A stretch of 63,247 bases of DNA, from positions 1-63,247 of the forward strand of contig NIVC01000235.1 in assembly GCA_002269645.1 (NCBI GenBank). The letters are read 5' to 3'. The DNA is from Macrostomum lignano (taxonomy: Eukaryota). Position 1 is the first letter of the stretch, and each line of letters starts with the position of its first letter. The notes beneath the pieces are model-generated. The model was not told the DNA's origin. It saw only the letters and a list, made by a program, of their open reading frames with translations, and did not search any database. Both the position numbers and the translations under genes were made by a program. Positions 13,465 through 24,748 of this stretch are shown here, piece by piece.

Positions 13465-14419
13465 TCAAAAAGAATGTCGATCAGATTGCGCCTGCCGCCA
13501 ATCGTCACTTTCATCTTCTTTGACGGAGCAGCCTGCACACGTAGTGCGCCGTCGGTCTGGACAGGCTCTTGATAAACATCCGCAAATTTCTCCAACGTAG
13601 CCTCGCTTATTGTGGTTGGAGTTTGGACGAACTAGCTTAACAATCTTATTGACATTAGTTTCGGAAACTGTATGATTCAGCGCCTGATCCACAGCCAGAG
13701 ATGCCCTATACAAACTGCGATCACGACGCATCGATAAGTAGCGCTTAACAGTTCGCTCACACTTTTGCCCAGTGATGAGCATGATCTCCTGGATAGTCTG
13801 GGCAACTCTAGTAACTCTAGTTACTCTGCAGTTTAAGAAAATTTGGCAACTGATTAAACTAGATGCAAATAAATGTGTTTACAGAGAAACATTATGAATA
13901 TGATGGGCAAAAGCACAGATCAAACTACCTACCGTATGCAGCGGTTGGTGTACACCCTACTAAGGCCTGCTTTCTCACTGACGTTCTTCATAAACTCATG
14001 AAGATAGCTAAAGCCTCTAGCAGTTTTTCTTGGAGAATCTATAGCGATTCGCTGTAATCTTGACTGTCTACTTGGGCATGAATGACGTGCAAATCAAGTC
14101 GAACTCGCCGGATGTCACTCCTGAAATCTCACCATTCGGCATAGCTCCGTAGTTAAATAGAGGAGGCAGAACTTCTGCCACTGTAGTTGGCTCTGCGTCA
14201 GCCATGGCGATTTCGTTTGCGTAAATGAAAGATGCAAGCAATCAAATCTGCTGTCTTTCTACTCAGCTCTCTTAAACCTTCTGTTTCCCTCTTTATGGGC
14301 TCAAAAAACTACATATTAATGTCGATGTGGGCCATAGACTAAAATTTATTTACACCCACACCCCCATTCTCACTCTCCCCCCTCCTCGACTCCTTCCGAC
14401 GTCAACTAATGCCATAGAC
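13465..14419 (-). mobile_element. Crypton-like tyrosine-recombinase remnant A (N-terminal peptide plus catalytic C-terminus, internally deleted, intron-containing)
   Basis: ATG 14205 MADAEPTTVAEVLPPLFNYGAMPNGEISGV…; HEFMKNVSEKAGLSRVYTNRCIR | GT-AG intron 13932-13826 | …IQEIMLITGQKCERTVKRY match the YTNHSLR and IMxxTGHxS…Y recombinase boxes with both His substituted; CCATAGAC at 14332 and 14412. Confidence 0.7.
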
Positions 14420-16176
14420 GAAAGCGCATAGCAATTTATGCTTAAATTTGCTACTGCACTATTTTAGTTCCGCGCGCTACATGTAATAACATTAACACTC
14501 AAAAATAGTGCAGAAGAATATATCATTATTCCACACTTTTGCGGTCATACGAGTATTAGCCACACAGGCATTATGATAATATGTACTACATACCCGTGTA
14601 CTCACGATATTTAAAATTCGCTTCATTTGATAGCTGTGACAAAGACTGCCGAGGCGCGCGGTTGCGATCGACTGATTCCGCTACTAACCATGCAGCTTAG
14701 TTGTACATGTAAATGTACGTACTTACAATATACATGTAAAATGGACACTCAAATTTAATTTGCGGAAAATTTACATCAGAAACATCGAAAATTCGTCACC
14801 CTTAGCTAAGTGTGCAAATGACGCCTCTTTCATTTGGCAAGTGACCGAGTTGCTTTTACTTGCAAAAAGCCTGGTGATCAACTTTTAAAATGTTTCTGAG
14901 TATATTTATGGCAAAATCATCTAGATAAGCTTATGGTTTCACAACCAGGTGATTTACTGACAGGATTACGGGAGTTTTAGATTCAGAGTTGGTTTACTTT
15001 GCTGCGGAGAAAAACAAATTATACTTTTGATTGTTCAATCATGCACGGTGTTCAGATGTATTACGCATTTCTCCCAAGGAATTAAAAATGCTGCAAGTAT
15101 CACGAAGGCATGGCTTGGCAGTGACCGACCGCTTTGGTGTTTCTAAGGAAGCTTGATTTCAGAAAAAAAAGTTTTGACTGGAGGGCACAGTGCTTTTTGC
15201 CTGAACAAGGAAGAATTTTATTAGAAAAAAAGCTGCGGAATACATTTGCCTATGAACATGCGGCCTTCCCCTGATGATGCGGATATTGGAGACAGAGCCT
15301 AGATGATGCTTGTGCGCGAATATTCCAGCTTCCTCTTTAAGACGCGCACAAACTCTCCGCCCGCTGCTCTACTGAACACCATGAAGCAGCTGTTGTGGCC
15401 GCTGCTTGTTGTCAGGCAGGACGGATGCATGATCTGATGGGCCAGTAAGATGGGAGGCTGGAGGATTCGACTGCGTTAAAAGTGCGAGGAAGCCAAAAAG
15501 AATCGATAGGTGAGGACCTGCGTTGGGCGGGGGGACGACGAAGGGTGGGTGGGTGAAGATCCAGCCGCCCAGATTGAAGAATGCCTGCCAGAGCCCTGGC
15601 AACTGCCCTCCATCCAGCGGCCTTCAACCCCAAGCCAGCGTTGCGCCAGAATTGCTAAAGTGAACTTTGCAAACCAGGGCTGAGGGCGTGTTCTGGGGTG
15701 CGTGCGTATGCGTTGTTTCAGTGGGTTTGCGCGAGCCTCGCTGGTTGAACAGCAGAGGCGGAACAGGCATCGCGGTGCAGCGGCGCTGTAAAAATTTTGC
15801 TTCCAGGAGGCAAGGAGATGCGGCGCACACCGAACCTCAGATGCTGCATCCAACCCCAGCCTCCGCCAGATACGAAAATTCTTCATAAAAAAGAGCAGGC
15901 CGATTTTTTAGTGGCGCCCCTATCGCTGCTGGATCCTCTCCAAGATCCCTCGAACTGGTTATCACCCCTGAGACGACCTGAGACGACCTGACGCCGTTGC
16001 CCCACCGGGAGACACCACGCCCGCCCGCAGGAGAAATCTCCCTGAAGTTCTCATTTAAAGTTTCGCCGCGGCGTCGGGTTCACCGACTGTGAAGCGGGCG
16101 GCTGGTCTGAGTTTGAAGGCTCGCAGCGCCAGTCTGATTTAATTGAGACACCCCAGCAGCTTGAGATCAAGCAGAG

Positions 16177-16281
16177 ATGGCCGCAGTGACTGTTCGCCTC
16201 TACAGAGACTCTCTGCAGACGCCCTGGGGCTTTCGAGTGCAGGGCGGTGCCGATTTTCATACTCCGCTCACCGTGCAGCGC
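16177..16281 (+). CDS. Zasp-like exon 1 (PDZ N-half)
   Basis: MAAVTVRLYRDSLQTPWGFRVQGGADFHTPLTVQR|GTGAGT. Confidence 0.9.
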
Positions 16282-19200
16282 GTGAGTCTCTGCTGGCTGT
16301 TGAGCCAGCTTGCTTTCGTCTCATTTGGACGAACTTGTTAATCATTGATGGAACTTGATAGTTTACACTTCCCGGCAAGCTAAGACGCTATCTTCGCACT
16401 CCTGTTTCTGAAGATTTAAGTAGGCTGAGCTTGAATTTCTAATTAGCATGAGCTGAGAAGACGCTTACCATCAGTACGCTGCAAGTTTAGTGTAGACAGA
16501 GTTGACTTTGTACCAGACGTCTAAGCAGTCCTGGTTTTGGAACTTCTGAAAGTTATGAATTTTAAAATCAATTACACTGAATTCAGTCTGTCATGCTTAC
16601 CTCTGATGCGATGCAGACCACATTCTCAGATGCTTTGGAGGCCACTTCACCAGATTAATCCATTCATTCCTCCCTCATCCAGGTGTTCACCGGCAGCCCG
16701 GCGGAGGGGGAGCTCCATCGGGGCGACACGGTGGTCGGTATCGACAACTACGACGCCACGACCATGCTGCACAGCGAGGCGCAGGATGTCATCAAGAACA
16801 GCGGCGGCACCCTGCTGCTCAACATTCGCAGGTCTGTCGGAAAATCGTTTTCCCCTAGTTTTCAAGCAGGACTGGAAACGCCAAGACACCCTACCCTAGA
16901 AAATATCCTAGCCGATCATGGCTGTAAATTCAGGGAAGCAGTTTAAAGCAGACATCATGAAGCCATGAAGCTTCTGATTCTGTCCGGTCGTTTGTGATCC
17001 TGAGGGATTCTGAGCAAACTTTGGGTTCTGCTCCAGAGTCCAAGTACATGTAGGAATGAAACTTTCATTTTGTCTCATTGATCCACTGGAAGCGTAAGGA
17101 AGGGATCTGGATGGGATGCCTCGGCATTTTCTAGTCATATGATCGGGCAAGTTATCGATTGCGGTAAATTTGGTCCGGAGCTTCAGTTCGGCCTCCATTC
17201 CGGCGCTTAAGTTTCATTTTGACTTTTAGTCTACTTCTCGGGAAATGATGAAGAGAGAGCTGTCAAAATCGATTTCGACCAAAAAGCTTTCTGATATTCA
17301 TACCAAAAAACCATGCAACTCACTGAAGATGTGTACATAATTTGCGGATGTGCCTTTACAAGCGTAGCCTTTCTGCAAAATGCGACCCATTGACACACTG
17401 AGACCAAGCCGTTTTTGTCTCACTGTTAATTCATCTCCTGACACCCTGGCTACACTTCTGACATTTCTCCTTCGCTCCTGACTCTTTTGATCCTGCCACG
17501 CTTAGCTTCTCTGGTTCTTTTTGTTGTTTTTTGTTGACAACCCCAGCCTTCAACTCGCCTTTCACCTTTGCCCACCTCGCGCCCGCTCCGTCAGACCGCA
17601 CGGAGCGGTTCCGCCGTCGCAGTCGAGCCGGGCGATGGCTGCCGTCTCGGCCGCGCCTCCCCACAGCCGGGTACCCTCGCAGCCCACGTGGCGGCCAAGC
17701 GGCCCCCGGCCGGAATTCGGCGTCCAGTACGGCGGCAGCCCGCGTGGCCGCGCCGTCCAGCAGCCGGTGATGGCGCCGCAGCATCAGCAGCACCAGCAAC
17801 AGGCTGACAACTACATGATGGATCGGGTGAGATTGAGTTTATGTTCTGTTTTATTTTAATCTGGAAACATCATTTCAGTTTTCGCTACTCTTAGTAGTTA
17901 AGCCGAGATCATAAAGACGTTTTTTAAGGCGAAGAGAAGAAAGATTATGATGCAGTATGGTAGCGCATGACAGTAGAACTACAAGCCATAATGACCTTTT
18001 CTACCAGGGGTATCTTGGTAGCCAAAGAGAAAAATGAGATTGTTTTCAAAATCTCTCATGAATTTTGCGCAAAGCAGTTTAAAAGTACGCTTGGTTTCAT
18101 ACTTTATTGCTCAATATGCTTGGCTAAGAACCCCAACCGTAGACTTCGCCGTACTTGGATGAATTAGAATTATTTTTGTACGTTTTTTACTTTAGCATTT
18201 CACGCAAGCCAAACCCGCGGTATGCCGACGCTTGAACCGAATGGGCAAACAAAAAATAGAAAAAATTAGTAAAAAGAGGCACCAGCGAGGAGAGACTTCG
18301 TGGGCGTCGCTTTCAGCCCGACGCGTACTGTCTGAAGGCTTCTGGGGAATTTTCTCCGGACTATCTACTAACCTCGTAGCGGCAGGATTCAGCGGCTGAC
18401 ATTTCACAGGAGGCTGGAGGAGGGGAGAGCGGGCGGGGCGGAACTTCGAGTGCAGAAATCAATGGCCTCACACTGGCCGGGCAGGCGGTCCGAATCCCCT
18501 CTTCCCCTCAGGCGCCCAGCGCTCCAGCAAATGAGGCGCGCTGCTGAAAATCCGGCAAGACTAAACACGCCAGAAGCACTCGCGCGTACTATAAATTGTC
18601 TCGCCGCCTTAGCTGGCTGAGGGAAAATTCCACCCCAGGGTGATACGACTGCAAAGTGGATCACACTACTCACTCTGACTAGTAGTAGATAACCACTCAT
18701 GCCGGCGGGAAGCTGCGGCAGTTGCGGCCTTTGTGGTCAATTCTTTGTTGACGATCAGCTGTGCGCCCTCCGGCTGGAGGACCTGCCCGGGTTCGAGCTC
18801 CGCGTGCACACGGTGGAGGCCCACCTGCTGCGGGACTTGGGCCGCATTGGCTGCTGCTGCTGCGCCTGCCACGGTGGCTCCGGCCGGCATCGCCGGGGCG
18901 ACTCATTTCCCAGCTTCCTTGAGCCGCTTCAACAACAGCTTCTCGTCGTCCCCCGCACTCGCCGATTGCAGGTGAGCCGCTCCCTCGCCACCATGGACCT
19001 GCAGGCCGCGGCGCAGAGGTCCATGGACGACCAGGACGTGGACTACGCCTTCACCCAGCAGAGCGTGGCCGACCGCAGGAAAGCATTCATGCAGCCGACC
19101 AGCTACGGAAACACCTACCATTCGGGTGAGTTGCTGAGATGAGTGGCCCGCAGCTTCTGACCAAATTAATTGAAGCATTTGCATTTGATCATATAATCGG

Positions 19201-22200
19201 TAGCTATGGTCTCAATTTCACAGGTTTGATTGATACAAACCCAATAAATATTGAAATATCACTGACGCAAACAATTTGCAGGTCTACGCAGAGCATTTGA
19301 CGGTAAATGCGCGACTCATAAATCAAACCAAAAAAATATTTTCTCAAGTTTTGACCCCAGTTCATTCCTGCTCAAGCTGCTGCTGGCTGTTTGAAAAATC
19401 GTTTCATGACTGCCCCATCGCACTGTTATGCAGATTAACTGTAAAGTATTTTTAGAAGCAACGCAGAAAGCCTCCCGCTGTGCCGTGTTGACTGTTTATA
19501 CCTCATCTACCCCGAATAAGCTGCCTGATTGGACACAGGTGCAAATAATCGCAAAAAAATCTGCTTGCAGAAGAAATCTGTCCAGTGCGATCCCTCCCGA
19601 GACAGACAGAATAAATAAACACAAAATTAGGGCGCAAACTGGTTTAAGAAAGCTAAGACCAGATTTCGGTAATAATTACAAAAAGTGGTTAGAACTCCCT
19701 GGGAAAAGTCTTCTAGAAACTTTGGAAAGCGGTCATCGCTATTGCCCACCAGAGTCGATGCTAACAAAGCGTGCGTCGGTTTGGCTCTCTGTTCAACCCT
19801 AGTGTGTATTGAATAAAACCGTACTGACATTGATCTTTTTTACCATGGATAGCCAAACACGACCCCAAATTCACTCCTACAATGCTTCTACAAACCGCAC
19901 ATTGCTATCCGATTACACGCCCCATTGTCTACATGCACTTTCCAAAGAAAAATGCATTTTAAGGCACCCAGACGCATTTTAGCAGCCAGTCCAAACCTCT
20001 CTACTCTGCAGTGCCTCGGCCCAACTCGTCGGGCTCGGCTGCTGCCAACCGGTACCGGCAGAAGCGCCAGCCCGACCCGGTGCTCGGCCAGCGGGTGCCG
20101 GAGTTCGGCTGGACGCCGTCGCCCGATCTTCTGCGCCAGGCGCGCAGAGGCCCCTCATCGGCGGCCTTCGAGCAGCAGTCGTACCTACCCTCGCAGGGCC
20201 AGGGTGTCAGGGAGGACAGCCCGTTCAGGGCCGGTCGAAGCCATGGAGGTCGCGGAGCTCACGGAGATCATGGAGGCTTCGGAGGCCACGGCGGAGGTCC
20301 CGGAGGTCACGTAGGTCATGGAGGCCACGGCGGCGGTCACGGAGGCCACGGCGGCGGTGGCAGGCAGCGCTCGTCGGCCATGCTCCGTCTAAACAGCACG
20401 GGCGGAGGCGCCGAAGATCCGCCGGCGGAGGTGCCGGTGGCGTTCAATAATAAGCAGTACAACACGCCCATCAACATGTACTCCAAGCAGAATGTGGCCA
20501 CGGCTTTTGAGGGCCAGACGGGCATCGCGCTCGGCCCGGGGTGAGTAAAGCCCTGCAGTGAGTCACGACTGAGTGCATACTGGGTCCAAATGACGTCTCG
20601 GGATGGTTTAGCAATTCAGAGGCTTGTATTACTTGCAATATTCGGAACCTTTTGCAATAAAACGGTCAAACTTGACTGAGGGATTCAGCCTGTAGAGCGG
20701 AATAAAAAATCTAGTCAAATTTTATTATACCTGGGCATGGCAGTCAGTGCGCCAGTCAGATTGCGAGAAAACTGTCAATAGCTTCCGAAATGTCTGGATG
20801 TATTTTTAAATCAACACATTCTAAGACTACTGCCTGGTTGGAGTCACGCCAGAGGACCAATTATTTTGTATAGCCAAAAGAACACCGAGCATAAGGTAGA
20901 ATGCCAAACTTTTCAACTGAAGCTGAAGCCAACAACGCGGCTTCCCGCGGGGCATCTACTTTTTGACCATAGACAGCAATCACGCAGAAAGCCCCTTTTC
21001 TGCCCTAGAAAGCCTGAATGATTAATATATTCTCACAATTGTCTATGGTAGAGGCCAAATCTGCGACTAAATCAAACTTACTTCACCCAGAGGTAAGCAA
21101 ATTTAGATCAAATATTATACATACACTGGGCCACTCATTAACCACTTATGTGGCCATAGAAGCTAATGTAAAAAAATTTTGCAACTCGCGACAGCGCGAA
21201 AATCAACTACTGAACTTGTTTTCCCCAGTAGTATCGTCACTTTCTCAGTAGTCTCTGCAGTGCATGCACCATTCTTTGTTTGATTGAGTAGCTTTTTATT
21301 TAATTCATGAAAAGCTCTATCAAATCAAACTCAAAAATAGCGTTTATGTCCCTAAGCTATACTAAGCTGTCGGTTTTTCGCACAAGTGACGAAAAACAGC
21401 GGTCGCACTTTCCCTTAAGACTTAAGACGCACTTAAGACGTACCGCAATACAAAGTGGTCTATCTAGAGAATATAAGATCCATGCTTTAGACTAAATACA
21501 TTTCACTTCGGCCCAAAAACACAGTTAAATGGTATACTAAACAGACTGCTGTCTATGGTCAAATAGTAAGTGCCCGTGAAGCTGCATTATTGGCAATTCA
21601 GCTGCAGCTTCAAACTTCGGCATTCTACCTAATGCTTGGAACATAGCCAATGCGCAGTACGAAGTTTGAATTTCTAATGCCTTCGTTTGTCTGGAACACT
21701 GGCAAACAAATCTTCTTATTCCTATTTATTTCTTATTCCTGAATTAAACAAACTCGAAAGATGTAGATCTTTTCTGAAAAATTATAACAACGTCAAGAAC
21801 ATCAGTGTCTGTCTTCACGTCATCTGAAGCTTTATTCCTTGAAGGAGTTCCGCTTCACAGGCACCGTTTTTGAGAAGAGATGGGATCCATCACGCACTTG
21901 TGTGAGCAGCATTTGAAGTCATAGAAACAATTCCAGCCTTTCCCAAGACAATACATTCTGCAGGCACTTGAGCAGCCTGCAATCATAAATATGATATGGT
22001 TATTCTGTTAATTTTCACTTAGCAATTTATTAATTACGAGCGTAGTCAATTAGTTGAGTAAAAAAACTCAAGTTTAGCAAAACTCACCGAGAAGTGTGAG
22101 CAGCACAAACAGAACTAGCAGCAGGCTCTTCATCTCGGATCTTGTGATCGTGCGGTCCTCTTAGTGAGTAAAGTTAAACTGGAGCAGCGTGTAGCTGGTG

Positions 22201-23230
22201 CTGCGAGGTTTCGGGCTCTGAGGGTTGACTTTCACTCTTAAATCCAGTCAAACCAAGCTCTCCTGTACCGAAGTATCAACTGAGTTGAATGCTGATGTCT
22301 ATGGCACAAACTTGCGGGGTATTCGGGGACTACAGGGCCGAAAAGCTTCAATTCAATTGTCTATGGCCAGGATGCCAACTCTAGGAACTCTAAACTCTCG
22401 ATACAGTTAAGTGTTTTCTCAGCCATAATACCATAGACACATCAAAGAGGCCAATGATTTTGTTTAAGGCGGATTTATAGATTTTGTTTCGTTAAAGCTG
22501 CACTCACAGGCTTATCAACGTTCATGAAATGCTACCGGAGACTACCAATCAAGCAAATTTCCAGCTAAATTCCGATAATGCATTAACTTTAAGGAAGACT
22601 TTTTTTAAGGACGAGGGACGACTCTTATCTTATCATATAACTTTTTTTCTCGATATACTTGCTTCGTTTGGGATGTAGAAGTCCAGAAGGCGGGGTATTA
22701 GAAATTCAGTGATACAAGAAACAAAAGCTTCTTATGTCGTGAGTGCATTTTGCCGAAAAAACAACCCTTACATGCCGATAAACCGATGAGATGGTATTCA
22801 ATTGATCATGACATCTTTATAGGTGGACACTATAAAAATACCCTGATTTAAAAGATATCTTAAGAAACTTTAAAATCTAAACCTTGGAAGATGATGCAGA
22901 GTAAGAGTAACTAGAGGCGGAACATCACTAGGCTACACTGGAACTACTGATACGACATCAACCAGACAAAAGTCTTAGAACGAGTTGGTTTGGTCTGCGC
23001 ACTAAGGCGGGTCATCAAAAAGTGACCCCATTTGCCCGGCCAACAGCCAACAGGCGCAGGAGCCGGCCTACATGCAGTCGCAGGTGTACAAGCTGGTGCA
23101 CGAGCAGGACAACCAGCGCCAGCGCCAGCGCCACCAGAATCACCACCAGCCGCAGCCGCAGCCGAAGTCGGCCCCGGCCTGGGTGCGCCAGCAATCCGAC
23201 GGTGACGAGTTTGGCGTGTCCGAGTTCTGA
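16177..23230 (+). CDS. Zasp: PDZ + ZM-motif Z-disc adaptor (Zasp/ALP/PDLIM family, no LIM domain), 7 coding exons
   Basis: Exons 16177-16281, 16683-16831, 17595-17826, 18972-19125, 19282-19302, 20012-20540, 23047-23230; all GT-AG, phases 0,2,0,1,1,2 consistent; PWGFRVQGG PDZ and NKQYNTPINMYS ZM motif. Confidence 0.85.
16683..16831 (+). CDS. Zasp-like exon 2 (PDZ C-half)
   Basis: CCAG|VFTGSPAEGELHRGDTVVGIDNYDATTMLHSEAQDVIKNSGGTLLLNIRR|GT. Confidence 0.9.
17595..17826 (+). CDS. Zasp-like exon 3
   Basis: TCAG|…PHGAVPP…ADNYMMDR|GTGAGA, phase 2 to 0. Confidence 0.78.
18972..19125 (+). CDS. Zasp-like exon 4
   Basis: TGCAG|VSRSLATMDLQ…YGNTYHS G|GTGAGT. Confidence 0.8.
19282..19302 (+). CDS. Zasp-like 21-nt micro-exon (GLRRAFD)
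   Basis: Branch-like CTGAC at 19262, TTTGCAG acceptor, GTAAAT donor, phase 1-1. Confidence 0.55.
20012..20540 (+). CDS. Zasp-like exon 6 (Gly/His-rich tract plus ZM motif)
   Basis: CTGCAG acceptor, GG|GTGAGT donor, NKQYNTPINMYSKQNV. Confidence 0.88.
23047..23230 (+). CDS. Zasp-like terminal exon
   Basis: AACAG|…QQAQEPAYMQSQVYKLVHEQD…DEFGVSEF*; phase 2 matches exon 6. Confidence 0.8.
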
Positions 23231-24748
23231 GCGAGTCGCCCGGGGTTAACCTGGCAACACATTTGACAATCTGTTGCGCTCGCGTTGCGCTGAACGCAAC
23301 TTTTCTTTTAGTCTTCCCGGATCCCCGTTTTGTTTTTCTTTGAGTTCATTTTCTGTCTGTCCTGTCACCTAGGTTTTTTTTCGCCACGGAATTTTTGCCT
23401 TTGCCACTCTGAGTTGCCGGTCTCTCTCTGTTGCCCTATCGCGGTCCCACTTTATGGTCAGTCGCAGAATGATTCAAGTTTTCTACCGAGTTTCCTCAAG
23501 CGAAAAGGAAGCTCGCACCCGGCAAAAAACCTCCCTGTAGCCAAGCCGCTTGCTTTCTGTGCAGCCCATCTATTTTAATCCCGGAGCACCGCTCTTACAC
23601 CAAAGTACTTTTAGCCGTGTTTCGATTGACAGCAGAAAACTTATTTTGACAGATGTTTTTTTACAAACGAATCCTCTGCCAAGTTTGGTTTTCGATACGG
23701 ACTTTTTATTTCTGTCCCGCCCAGTAGCAATTTTAGAATAAATTTTACATACACAGACAGCGTGGGAGCTGCGCGGCGCCTGGTTCATTTCGTACTACCT
23801 GATGCAAGGTTATCAAGTGCATCGAAGTCACAACGGTCTCAGCAAGGCAATATTGGATCCCTCTGAAGTTTGCAATATATCTGTTTATTCTCATTTTCAC
23901 CCTTTCTCAGCTGGTGCTTCTCACCTAGCATTGGTCAAAGCTCCAGCTCCTCCATGCTGTGATGGGGGAGTATTTTAATTTGATGAACACCCGTATCAGT
24001 AGTGAAGCGAGTGCTTTTGGTTTCTAATTGCAGAGGCAAAACTGTCACAATTTTTATGGAAAAAGTCAGCAATCATTTTAGCATATTCTCCGAATTCATT
24101 CGGCTTGCGTTCATTTTACTCATTTCCAGCTGATCAACTCCGAGAAGTCATTTTTACGCTATAGTATTCTTGAGTTCTTAGCGATAGGCTTTGCCACCGA
24201 ATTTGCGTTGAGCCCAGCAGTGCGATTTTCACAGCTAGCCGCAATCCGCCTGATCTCGCGCTTCCCAGTGTGACCCCGCGCCCAGCCACTGCCGCTTCGA
24301 ATGCCCCCCCGCTGCCGCCGTCTTTTTTATCTTCTAGCCCTCTAAAAATATACGCACGCGCAACTGATGCCGATGCTCTCAGTAAATCAGTACTTTCAGG
24401 CGGGAACTAACTTCGATGTTTGTTGCTGACAGCCGAGTCGCCTGCTTCGAATATTGTGAGTTTCAAGCCAAGGGAGACTTAGTAAAGTTTTTAATAGCGG
24501 AACTACAATTGAAGACCTGCGAATATACATTGTAGACACATGTACATACCGGCGTATTTAGTGTCTCAGCTATATTCTTGATATTGCATCACAAGAATGA
24601 TCAGTCTGCAGCTTTCTATTGTAGAACGTTGGAGTTACAAATTACACAACTGAATGCCAAGAGACTTCAACCGTAACTTCAACAGGCTATTTGAAGCATT
24701 AAAACCGACCTGTGACGGGGACGTCCTTTGTGTCTTTTTATTTTATTA

